A stretch of 64,000 nt of DNA from the human T2T-CHM13v2.0 reference genome, Homo sapiens, in the NCBI RefSeq assembly GCF_009914755.1, contig NC_060947.1. One strand, written 5' to 3'. The translations under genes and the position numbers were made by a program. Under the pieces are notes generated by a model. The model was given only the letters and a program-made list of their open reading frames with translations, had not been told where the DNA came from and ran no database searches. Below, one piece after another: positions 22,941 through 37,119 of the stretch. Position 1 is the stretch's first letter; every line of letters begins with the position of its first letter.

Positions 22941-24427
22941 TCAAAATCTCAAGCCACTTCATACCCCAACACTCCAGGGTTTGAACTTGGTCTCTGAACT
23001 TCCAGACCTGCCTCTGAAAGGCAGTGTAGTAGAGCAGACAGAACATAGAAACAACAGGACCATGGACCCAGAACAAACTCTGTGGTTCATCTCTGTGCCT
23101 CACTTCCATTCTCAGGTAAAATGAGGACAATAATGATACCTAATGTATAGGATTGTTGGGAGGAGTAAATAAGAAAGCTCACATAGAATGCCTGGCACAG
23201 TGCCTGGCACATAGTGGGCATGCAATAAATGATAGCTATTAGTCTGCACTTAAAAGCTACATAAATGCACAAAACAGCCAACAGGCCTGCAGGGCTGGAA
23301 ATGAACAGATCCCTCTCTTCTCTGGCCTAGCTGAGCAACCTGTCTTGAGCTCCAAGGATATGCCTGGAAGTGTTCTGTGCTCCTTCTGCGTGGAACACAA
23401 ACTGTGATCCCTTTATGGGAGCAGCTACAGCCCAGCCTGGAATGGAGGAAAAGAAAAAAAAAGCAGCGGCTGACAAGACAAAGCAGGATGTGGGAGGGAG
23501 GCCAGATGAGCACTGCGAACCTACTGCAGGCACTGCGGGGCTGAGGGAGACAGAGAGCACGAGGAGGGCAGGAAAGACCAAGGGAGGGCTTTGTGCAGGA
23601 GGTAGGGCCCGGGAAGCCCAGAGACAAGAGCAAGCACACGGTGCTGCTGCGTGCAGTGAGTAGCCCAGCTAGAGGGCACGGCCTGTGCTGAGGAGCCGTG
23701 GGAGGAAGAGAGGGCTGGGAAGGTAAGTGTGTGCATTGGTGTGTGTGTGAGGGTTCACCTGCCAATTCTGAGTACACATGAAGGCTATGTTTCTGAAGAT
23801 CACCAAGTGACCATGTGGAGGCTGGCCTGGACAGGCAGCCTGGAGGCAGGGAGACCAGGGAGGAGCCTGTTCCGACAGTTGAGGCCAGAGTCGGGGAGGG
23901 CTGACCTGGGGCACTGGCAGTGGAGATGGGAGGGAGTGAAGCTGTGAAGGACACACAGACAGACAGAGAGCAGGGCTTGGTGACTGATGGCAGGGGTCAG
24001 GCAGAGTTAAAGATGATGACACTGTGCACACAAAAGACGGCGCCAACAGCAAAACCACCAACAGATACAGAGCTGCTGGGAAGGGGAGCTCGAGGGGAGA
24101 GGAGGGTGAGCACCCCTCACAGAGCCTCTCATAGAGCCTGGCACCTAACAGGCACCCAGTCACAGATGGATGCGGATGGTTCACAGACGGGCCATGAGCT
24201 CAGCAGGCTGTTTTCTCTCTGGGCACATGCAGACTGGTCACATATGCAGGGTGACTGGTCAGTGGGGGCAGGGCTGGGGGGCTGATGACTTCACTGGAGA
24301 TCCTGTCTATGGAGGCAATTTCATATTCCAAGACGATAGTGGCTCAAATTAAATTGATATTGGCTGGCTGGAGAAAGTGCTTGAAAAGCTTCCAGCTCTA
24401 ATCAGATGAAAAGCCAGAGAGAAACTT

Positions 24428-24615
24428 TGTCCTCTCATGGTGGTCCATTAGTGTGATTAATAATAAATATTCCCAGACACTTGATACTGGCAAAATGCCT
24501 TATCAGCCCTGTTTATGATTACCCACCTGCTATCTCGAACCATTAGTCTGACCACTAAGGTGCGGGGGTGATGCGAATCTTAAAATACACCCCCTTCCTC
24601 GAGTATGTCTGGTCA
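24428..24615 (-). ncRNA. Candidate intronic H/ACA-like RNA (hairpin - AGACTA H box - long hairpin - ACC/ACA)
   Basis: Hand-folded stems, H box 14 nt from the upper stem, G-U pairs favour the LAS1L sense strand. The ACA box is ambiguous; see findings. Confidence 0.45.
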
Positions 24616-25757
24616 TAGCTCAGGACTGAGAAGGTCACAGATTCAGGCTGATGGGATGAAGGTAGACTTTGGGCTCACACCACCTGGGCCAAGATCCCTG
24701 TCCCACCATCAACAAATGTGTAGCTATTAGATAAGTCCCATCACTCCTTAGAGCCTCAATGTCTTATCTGTCAAATAGGGTATAATATATAATACTTCCA
24801 CCTCCCAAGACTGCTGTGTCAAAGTAAATGAAGTTAACCTCTACAAAAAAACACAGCACCATGCCTGACACTTAATTTCCAATAGTATCTTTTATTTTTT
24901 CTCTGGGGAAAACAAAAGCCAAGTTCTGTGTTTAACAGATGCTTTCTGCAATAATACAATCTAGTGGAGTATTACAGAAGAGCATGGGACTAAGGACAGG
25001 CTATCTGGATTCTGGCCCCAGCTCTGACTTGCAGCATAATACCTGGGCAAACCCCCTCTGTTCTCCACTCTGTGTAACGGGGTGATTAGGACTAGATTCA
25101 CTGCTTATCTGGGAAAGGCAGGATCTGTGCACAAGAAATCGTACCCAAGTGAGCCGCTGTTACTGCCGGCATGTGTCGCATCCCTCTGGTATGCTTGGGT
25201 TGGGAGAAGATCTCTGTGGTCCAGACTTCTCCGAGACCAGCAGCTTCCACTCTGCAGGCACTTAGGATTGGAAAGTACCTTGAAGGCCACCTATCCAAAC
25301 CTCTCCATGCTGCTCTTGTCACTCCCTCCCTCCCATTATATACACATGCCATGTTCCTTCTGGACTTTGAAACTTGCTTTATTCTTTCTCCTGCTTGAAT
25401 TGTTCAAATGCCTCCTCTTGAAACTCTGACTCATCCAGGCCCTTTTGGTTCTCCTCCCAATTGCCCACCCATCCACATCACTTCTAGTCTGGAGCACACA
25501 TCTGGCAATGTGGCTGTTCAGTTCCAACTCCTGGAAGTCTTGCCTTGACTGACTTTGTCTACAAAGCCACTTTTAAAACCTTACAAATACCTCTGTGTCC
25601 CAAATGCCATCAGGGTTAAAGAAAGACTTTTGGACTCAATAGGGGGATCAGGGACTAAGAGGGTCTTGGCATCCAGACTCCCACTTCATTCATTCCCCAG
25701 GCACTGGGTCAGCTCCCACCAAGGACAGCACTGCTGGGAATGAGAGAGCAGAGCACG

Positions 25758-27650
25758 GTTCAATTCAACGACATTTACTGAGGCCTGTTTGGTGCCTAGA
25801 CTTGTGTGGTGTGCTAGGGCACGGACAGCTGATGTAGAGTCCTTGCCCTTGAAAAGCTTAGTCTGATAGAGGGAAGGAGACACTAAGGGAAGTAGACACG
25901 GCAACACAAAACCTCAGATTTGGGAAGTATTCGAGAGTCAACAGGACAGGGTAGATGGTGCCGCCACCAAGTGAGATAGGGAACAGAGGAGGAAGATCAC
26001 TTTAGAGTTGAGATGGGGACTGAGACGACCAATTCTCTTTTGGTCACAGTAAGGTGCCTGTGGGCCATCCAAGGGGAGATGTCTGACATGTAGTCGAGTA
26101 CAGGAGGCTGAATCTTGGGGGAGGGGCCAGGGCTAGACAGATTTGGGTTTCAGCACTTTATAGGAACTAGTAATAAGCACAGGCATTTTTTGAGGAGGGG
26201 GTGGTAAACAGCATCAATGCAGCAGACACAGAGACTGACAAGGGCCCACTGATTTGGTAATTAGGAGGTCAAAGCAACTCTGGGGGTGAATGTCAAATTG
26301 CAGCAGGTTGAGGAGTAAGAGGGTAGTGAGGAAATGGAGAGTGTTGAGTGTAGACTACTCTTTTGAGATGTTTTGATGGGAAGGGTGGGAATGATAAGCT
26401 GATGATAACCCAACAGAGGGATGCAGGGTCAAAGGAGATTTTGCTTGTGTTGCTGTTATTGTTGTTTTGTTTAAGATGAGAAAAGCTCAGGCACGTTCCT
26501 AGGTTGAAGAGCAAGAGCCAGCAGAGCAAGGTAGAGGCTGGGGTGAGGCCCCAGCGATGCTGGCAGAGGTGGCTCCAGAGCACAGGTGGAGGAGCAGGCT
26601 TTGAGGTGGGGCAAGGCCACCTCATCCTGAGACTGGCGAGAAGGTTGAGTGCAGCCGCAGATCAGTTCACGAGGGCTGGACCTCAGGTCGAGGGGGCCCT
26701 GCCGGATGCCTCCATGTGCTCGAGGAAGCTAGGGTGAAATGGGAGAGGGGGAGGGGCTTGAGGTGAGCGGTAAGGGTTTAGAATAGTGAGGAAATGGGAG
26801 AGAAAGTGGTCAGAAAACAAGTAAAAGTTCAGACAAGCAGAACTGAGGCCTCGCCCGAGATTAAAAATCATACCTCTGCAGTGGCAGCAATCCGCAGGGC
26901 TATGTGGTTTTCTCCAGCAGAGCTCAGCTACCCGGGCTGAGGAGCAGGGGAAGCAGAATGGGGAGGATCAATTCCAGCTCAGGGGTTTGCAAGTCAGATA
27001 TGGCCAAAGGATGGGCAAAGCTGAAGGTGCTGATGATGAGTGGCCGAACTGAGCAACCACAGACAGGATAGAGAGGAAGCAAGGTCAAGGGATGCAGGAA
27101 ATGGAGGGATGGAGATCTGGATGCAGGCAAAGAGCAGATGTCATGGGATGCAAGGGTGAGAACTAGAAGGACGAGAAGTGGTGGTCACCGAGTGGGATGC
27201 TGGGATGTGAGCTTTCAGAGGTGGAATAGCTCCGAATGATGGAAATGGGTTGCTGAGTGTAGTGGAGAATGAAAGTCACTGGAGTTGAGGAGCTGTAGAG
27301 TGTCAGATGAGTCATCCAAATGAAACAGATATTGCTCAAGAAAGCAAGAAGGGAATCAGGCGCTAAAGGCTTCCATGATTATGAGGGAAGTGGCTCAGGG
27401 TCAGGAAATGACAGAGAAAAGGAAAGGGAGACAACCACAGGTATTTACCAGTGCAATATTCAGTTTGACCATAGAACCCAGGGTGGATAGGGTAAAGGAG
27501 ACTCACAGGAGGTATGGCTACCATGGTAAGTTGGGCCAGAATCAGAAAGATCTTTGAATGTCAGGCTAAGAAGCCTAGACTTAACAGGAAGGCAATAGGG
27601 AGCAACTGAAGGTTGCTAAGCAACTATCAGAGGTATACTTTGGAAAGATA
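25758..27650 (-). mobile_element. L2 remnants in LAS1L intron 11
   Basis: L2 3'-end motif (TTCAAC...CATTTACTGAG) and purine-rich degenerate L2 body. Confidence 0.65.
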
Positions 27651-28002
27651 ATAGAGGAAACAGCACTGGGCTTGGAGTCAGAAGACCTGGGTTCAATAAT
27701 AAACAGCAGCTACCATTTATTGTGCACTTACTCTGTGCAGGCCACTGTGCTAAGCACTCTAGGGGGATTGTCTTATCCATTCCCACACTGGACTCAGTTC
27801 AGTCAGGTCTTAAGCTGTATGATCTTAGGTAAGAAAACCCTACCCCTCCCCTCTCTGGACTCAGTTGTCCCATCTGTCAGTGGGAGTGAGACTGGGCTAG
27901 ACTGTCCCCAAAGGGCCCTTCTAACTCAGTCATTCTAGGGCAGTGTGGCCCTGAGGCTTGAAGGGCCTCACCCTCTTACCGGATGGAATTCAAGAGACTT
28001 AC

Positions 28003-28150
28003 ATCCGAAGGAGTTGGGGGCTGGCCCAGCAAGGTGAGCCCAAGCAGGACTCAACCATCCGGGGCCAGTCAAGGGAGGCGGAGCAGTTGAACAGCCTCCA
28101 GCCCCTTCTTGCTTCCCACTGGCCTGCAGAAAATCGGCGAGCATTCCGTC
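28003..28150 (-). CDS. LAS1L: LAS1L exon 11 ([18 protein letters not shown]...PQLLR)
   Basis: tctcag| acceptor and GAT|gtaagt donor; 148 nt; ends in phase 2. Confidence 0.93.
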
Positions 28151-28487
28151 CTGAGAGAGAAGAGAGGATCTAAGGAGAAGGAAGCAGTGAGCCCCCCACC
28201 CAACATTTCACCTCAGAAAGTTTGGCTCTGTCCCTCCCCATCCCCCCAGACTCCCCACCTATACCTCCCAACTGCTCAAAGAATTCAGGGCACTTTGCCC
28301 CAGCCCAGTTTAGTTGGCTCTGAGAAGAAAAGGAAAAGGGAGATTTGTCCACTGCTGCCGTGGGGCCCTCTTGGGCAAACCTAAACCTTTAACACGGGAG
28401 GTGTTTGCCTGGTGCTTCTTAGCAGAGAGCTGAGGACAGTGGCAGAGGCTCCTGCCTGGGCTGCCTTAGGCCCTAGGGCTAGGGCTA

Positions 28488-29118
<631 letters not shown>

Positions 29119-29407
29119 GCTCTCTAGCTAGCAGCTAAATCACAACGAACATGGCACAATAATGTCATTAAGACTCCCCGACCCCACCCCATCCCACCCC
29201 ACCCCATTCCAGAGCACTTAAGGGCAGCCCCACAACTGTCAGTGGGGCTACCTGTTCTGCTCAGCCAGGAAGGCTGAGGGACTTTCAGAGGCCATGGAAT
29301 GGCAGGAAACAGCCTTCACACCCCAACCCAGGGCCCCCCAGCCCACCCCAGCTGTTTCCACCCAGGAATCAGAACCCTAAGGGTGCAGTGAGCCCCCAGA
29401 ACCCTAC

Positions 29408-29493
29408 CTTCATATTCTATCTGCAAAGCTGCCAACTGTTCAAATGTGGGGACAAGGAAGCCATCATCCAGAAAAGCATCCAGCACAGCCTCC
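29408..29493 (-). CDS. LAS1L: LAS1L exon 8 ([28 protein letters not shown])
   Basis: ttccag| acceptor and AAG|gtaggg donor; 86 nt. Confidence 0.94.
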
Positions 29494-30096
29494 CTGGAAC
29501 AAGAGGACACTAGTTTAGCAAAGTGATGCTGGCAGAAGACCCTCTCCTACTCCTCCACCCACCTCCAAAGCAGCTAATGCCTCTGGCTCAAGTGGCTGAA
29601 GCAGCATAGGGAGGAGGGGTGGTGGGTGGGTAGGAGTGGGGAGGAAGGGAGTTGACAATTGGATCTTAGGCTTCAGCCTCCTCAGGCAGGGGCTGGTTAG
29701 AGGCTGGGATCAGTGGGTTTTGAACAAGTGCTTACCAAGCACTAATGCTGATCTATGGCCCATAACGAGAGCAGTAGTGTCTGAATACACTTCAACACAC
29801 AGACAGGAAAAAGTTCCACATCCACAGAAGGAAATAAATGCCTGGGATCATGGGGTCAAGGGCTTTTAGACTCAGTTCTTGCAGTCTGTTTATCTTGACC
29901 ATTCTTCAGTACCCTACCCCTTCTCTTCTCCCTGGCTACCTTCTTTTAGATCCTAGAAGTAGAAACCTTGGGGACCCAACTGCTAGACCAAATATGGTCC
30001 ATAGGCCTTATTACTAGGGGTTCTAAAAACCCAGAACAAAGTTAGAGGGGTTGCAGGAGTAGGCTATAGGGGTAATCTCTCATCCCTATCTATTAA

Positions 30097-30242
30097 CCCA
30101 TTTATGCCGAGTGTTCCATTATTGGAACGCTAAGCTTGTGGGAGTTATTTATATCCTACTGCTCAAGGTCTTCACCAAGGTCTGATTTTTCAAAAAAAAA
30201 AAAAAAAAAAAGAAAGAAATTGCAACCTCCGGCATAAATGGG
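30097..30242 (+). mobile_element. MER85 (piggyBac/PGBD3-derived MITE)
   Basis: TTAA TSDs 30093-30096 and 30243-30246; perfect 13-bp TIRs CCCATTTATGCCG; internal palindrome GTTCCATTATTGGAAC. Confidence 0.92.
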
Positions 30243-30314
30243 TTAATAGCTCAAACCTACACCAGCAACAGCAAGCTGATTCCTCCAGAGTTAGTGGCTT
30301 CCCAAGAGGCTTTC

Positions 30315-30725
30315 TGCTACAGTTTGGATGTTTGTCCCCTCCAAATCTTATGTTGAAATTTGATCCCCAATGTTGACCTTGGTGCCTGTAGAAGGGGTTT
30401 GGGTCATTGGGTCGGATCCCTCATGAATGACTTGGTGCTGTTCCCACAGTATTAAGTTCTTGTTCTATTAGTTTCCGCAAGAGCTGGTTGTTAAAAAAGA
30501 GCCTGACATCTCCCCCTCCACCTTGCCATTTGATATCTGTACATGTGGACTCCCCTTTGCCTTCTGCCATGAGGGGAAGAAGCAGCCTGAAGCTCTAACC
30601 AGAAGCAGATGCTGGCACCATGCTTCTCATACAGGATACAGAAGCATGAGACAAACAAACCTCTTTTCTTCAAAATTACCCAGCCTCAGGTATTCCTTTA
30701 TAGCAACACTAAACAGATATAGACA
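30315..30725 (+). mobile_element. MST-type MaLR solo LTR (MSTB-like)
   Basis: TGCTACAGTTTGGATGTTTGTCCCC start; ...CAGGTATTCCTTTATAGCAAC...AGACA end. Confidence 0.8.
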
Positions 30726-31359
30726 TTCTCCTAACTGACCAAGCCTAGACGTGGAAAAAAGAGCTCCCAAGTTGTCCTAATGCCTGGAAAATTGACATAC
30801 TTAGATCCCTCTCTCCAGCATTACCAGGCAGACACTACTGTGTTAGGGGCATAGTTTTCCCAGCTGCTAATGAAGCCACCACCAACCCTTTTGCTGAAGG
30901 GTAGAGCCAAGAAACCTAGGCTGGGCAAACACTGATAAAATACTTTTGGAACGAGTATCCTGGACATGAAGAGAAGACTCCAGGGGCAATCCCAGCCTAC
31001 ACTGCAGTTCTCACCCAGGGTTACTCTGCTACCTACACCACCTACCTAAACTCTCCAACTTCTCTCTAGCTGAGGTTTAGCATTGCCTCCACACGTTCTT
31101 AGCGGAAAGTCCCCCAAAGCCCTTCCAGCTGAATTTAGGTAGAAAGCCCCCAAGAGCTAGGGAGGAAAGAAGAATGGGTAGACATACTATGCGCCTGCTC
31201 TGGACTGAGCTGAGCACTTTGTTTTGGAAACAAAGGCTCACAGCCATACTTGAGAGACAAGGAACTTAGTCTCTAGGAGCCAGACCCTGAGAAGGTCCCG
31301 CCTCTATTCCCCTAACCATGACTATCCAAGGGATGCTAATACTCTCCAATGGCAGTTCA

Positions 31360-31872
<513 letters not shown>

Positions 31873-31931
31873 TTAGGAGGCTGAGGTGGGAGGATTTCTT
31901 GAGTGTGCGAGGTTGAGGCTGTAGTTAACTA

Positions 31932-32345
<414 letters not shown>

Positions 32346-32691
32346 TTACCTCAAACTTAGACAAGGGCTAGGCAGTGAGTGAGGTGGTAATTATCAAGGG
32401 ATTTTCCTAGTTGTCAAGAGCTCCACATGCCACCCGACAGACAGGAAAGCAGCTGGCCAGCAGATGGATGATAGTGGGCATTCCTGCCTCTGGCCATTCT
32501 AGTATAGGCAACCCCCACCTGGAAGTTGGCAGGGTTGAGGGCAGACAGTTCTGCCAAATGTAGGGTCACTGTGGAGGGGATCAGGATTATCCCTGGGATT
32601 TTGTACAGCAGAGGTTGGCAAGCTAGGATAGGGAAACCGATTTCAATGAGGCTGCTACCCTCTATCCTAGAGAATACGCAGCTCCCGGTTA

Positions 32692-32835
<144 letters not shown>

Positions 32836-33656
32836 TCAGAAGGCTGGTTCAGCCAAGCAACCCACCTCCACCCCTCCAGGATCCCTTCCCATAGGACCTC
32901 TCAGCACTGCCCTGCAGGGGACAGGGCAGGGCATGCAGGGGGGGGCCCACAACTCCCCTACTGGCCTTGCAACTAAAAATAGCCTGACTCTCAAATGTGA
33001 GACTTCCTCCTCCTTCTCCCTCCCTTCCTCCTCCAACTGAATTTCCTGTGGGTAAATACTGAGATGTTCAATGGGGGAATTTGGCTGGAGATAGAGACTC
33101 TTAGGCCAAAGGGCCAGAGATGAGGAGAGGCAATGAGTTACAGAAGAAAGATAACTGGGAGATCCAGGTACTAATCCTGGTTCTATCATTAACTGTATAT
33201 GTGACTTTGGGCCTGTCCCTTCACTCATCCATGGCTTCAATTTCTTAATCTGTGAAAAGGAAGGGCTGAGCTAAATGGTTTCTGAGTGACCTCCCTAAAA
33301 ACAGCACCCCTCCAGCTCACCTGATTTAGGGAAGCTCTTGGGCCCCATCTACTGGTCAGCTGCGGAATTGCAGGGCTGCGCAACTACCCATTCCCAGTTG
33401 TTCCCTACCACCCAGTGGGGCAGATTATCCGCAAACTTCATCATCTGTTCCCTTCCATCGGTGTGGAGGATCAGCCAATTGGACTCTGCTCCTCTTGTCT
33501 CCTTCCTAGTTCCCCCCTCTCTCTTTCCGAGAAGTTCCCTCACGCTTTGTCACTTTTCTTTCAAATTCCTTCTCAAGACTTCTCTCAGGTAGCTGGCAAG
33601 AGGGAAGAAATGGCTGGGGCAGATGAGAGCACACCAAGTCCAGGGCACTTTCTTAC

Positions 33657-33703
33657 CGTAAACTGCTCCTCTTCGTATGATACCAGCAGTTCTCGGGCTC
33701 TTT
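33657..33703 (-). CDS. LAS1L: LAS1L exon 6 (ERARELLVSYEEEQFT)
   Basis: tttcag| acceptor and ACG|gtaaga donor; 47 nt. Confidence 0.93.
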
Positions 33704-33934
33704 CTGAAAACAGAATGGGGAGACAGATAGGACTGCCAGCCCAGACCCCTTCTCCTGATGGGATTCTGAGCCTCTCTCACCTCATTTCTTGAGTTGTAAT
33801 TGAGGAACTAGAATTCCTTCCCCAACTACTTCACAGGGCTCAAGATGGTTTGTGAGGCAAATGTGACAGCCATTATACTATGGAAACTAGCCAGGAGGAT
33901 GGTTTGTGACAGTAATTTTTTAAGCTAAGATTCA

Positions 33935-34384
<450 letters not shown>

Positions 34385-34804
34385 TCATCTTGTGGGTATT
34401 ATAGGAAGGCCCCAGGAAAAGGCTTGGCTCCAAGGTTCAAATCTCAAATATCCAGAAGCAGCCTCTTTCACTCTGGGTTATCCCCCTGTTCTTTGCTTTA
34501 TCCTGCTTACCAGCACTTTTTCTAGAAAAAAAAACCTATTATTGGACTTAGAGACGAGATGCCAAAAACAGTTAAGGGGCTAGTAAGTGGCAGAAGTAGG
34601 AATCAGCCCCATTAGCTAGTTACATGGCCTTGGCCAAGTCTCCCCTTTTCTAGATCTGTTTTCCCATCACAAAGAGTGAGGCTAAATCCAGGATTCTTAA
34701 TCGGGATGGGGTGGATGTCCAAGGAACCCTTGGGTTCATGACACTGCTGATGGCTCATGCCTGGCAACCTCCCCACCTCAACTATGGAGAGGTATGTGAG
34801 ACTA

Positions 34805-34987
<183 letters not shown>

Positions 34988-35152
34988 TCATGCCTGTAAT
35001 CCTAGCACTTTGGGAGGCTGAGGCGGGCAGATCATGAGGTCAGGAGTTCGAGACTAGCCTGACCAACATGATGAAACCCCATCGCTACTAAAAATACAAA
35101 AAAAAAAAATTAGCCAGGCATGGAGGCGCGTGCCTGTAATCCCAGCTACTCA

Positions 35153-35278
<126 letters not shown>

Positions 35279-35801
35279 TTAATCAGACATAGTAGCATGT
35301 GCCTATAGACCCAGCTACTCAAGAGGCTGAGGCAGGAAAATCACTTGAACTCGAGAGGTGGAGGTTGCAGTGAGCCAAGGTCGTGCCACTGCACTCCAGC
35401 CTGGGCAACAGGGTGAGACTCGTCTCAAAACAAACAAACAAACAAAAAACAACTTAAGGGCAGGCAAAAAAACCTCTGTAGTCAAGGTATCAAAATATGC
35501 CAAGCCATGTTGGAAGCTGAAACAAAAGGAGAAATCAGTAATACTAATCCCGTTTTACTTAAAGTTTTGATATTATGTTTATCATGAATTTTTCCACATT
35601 AATATGTTATTTATCTTGATTATGGAACTTTTGACTTCTCCCCACTTTAAATGTTGTGCCCAAGGCGAGGCCTCACTTCTTTCACCCTAGTCCCAGCCTT
35701 GACTCCAGGTGGAGACCCTCCTGCCTATCCCTCTACCCTCAGCGCCACCAAGCCCAGGCCCCTGGGCTTAACTGTGATAGGTATAACCTCTGAGGACTCA
35801 C

Positions 35802-35883
35802 CTCTGCGGCAGTCATTTATATGGGGCATTTTCTTGTGGGTCAACTCATGGCGAAGGTCAACAATCCAATCCGGAATATTTAC
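35802..35883 (-). CDS. LAS1L: LAS1L exon 4 with HEPN catalytic motif RHELTH (RxxxxH)
   Basis: aatcag| acceptor and GAG|gtgagt donor; 82 nt; [20 protein letters not shown]. Confidence 0.96.
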
Positions 35884-36115
35884 CTGATTACAGGGGAGGG
35901 TGTGAGTACAGAAATTGGAAAATAATTATTAAAGCTGGAAGGGAGCCAGAGATTAATTATCCTGACCACCTCCTGCCCCATTTTACAACTAGAGAAACTG
36001 AGGTCCTGAAAGAAGATTCCAATCACAGTGACAGAGCCAAGAAAAAAAAACAGCTCTTCTTATTCTTTTTTTACTGCTCTATGGAGGAGGTATTGAAAAT
36101 CAGAAAAGTGGGTCA

Positions 36116-36382
<267 letters not shown>

Positions 36383-36990
36383 TCAGAAACATAAAAGGCA
36401 CACACCTCCCCTAACCACCAACCACCCTTCTACAACAAAGAAATACCTGTGAATGAGCATTAACAATCACGTTCTCCAGCCTCCCTCTAGCCTGTCCTTC
36501 TCCCTGAGTATCCTTTACCCCTGCTTCCCTCCTACACCTCCTCCGGGAAGCGCTAATGACTGAGAGCATGCCTGCCCTCTGGGCCTCTACACAGTTCACA
36601 TACTCCTCAGGGTAGGAATGTCTGAGTTACAGAAGTAGAGACATGGGATGGGAATTCCTGATTTACAAAGTGACTCATAGTGGCTGAGCTGTCTCCTCTC
36701 TCAGACTGTCAGCTCCATGAGGGCAGGTGCTGTGACTGTCACCTCTTTCCTGTCCCCACCCAGTGCTACATTTGGGCTCCTCCCAGCAAGCTGGGCAGGC
36801 CAAGCCCTCTGAGATACCAGTCATATGAGAGCAAGGGAGCAACTGTGCCTCCTTCAGGCTGGAAGCTGAGGCTCTGGGATTCTTGCTGGGCTTGGCTGGT
36901 AGTGATGGGATGAGCTAGTCTGACTGTGTGCCCACAATACCCCATGCCCCATTTGGTGAGCCCTCTTGGAGACAGAATTGAGCAAGTTCA

Positions 36991-37119
<129 letters not shown>

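Noticed and set aside
23720-23728. Perfect plus-strand donor AAG|GTAAGT suggesting an antisense exon
   Set aside because: No matching acceptor or promoter; a single 9-mer is plausible by chance.
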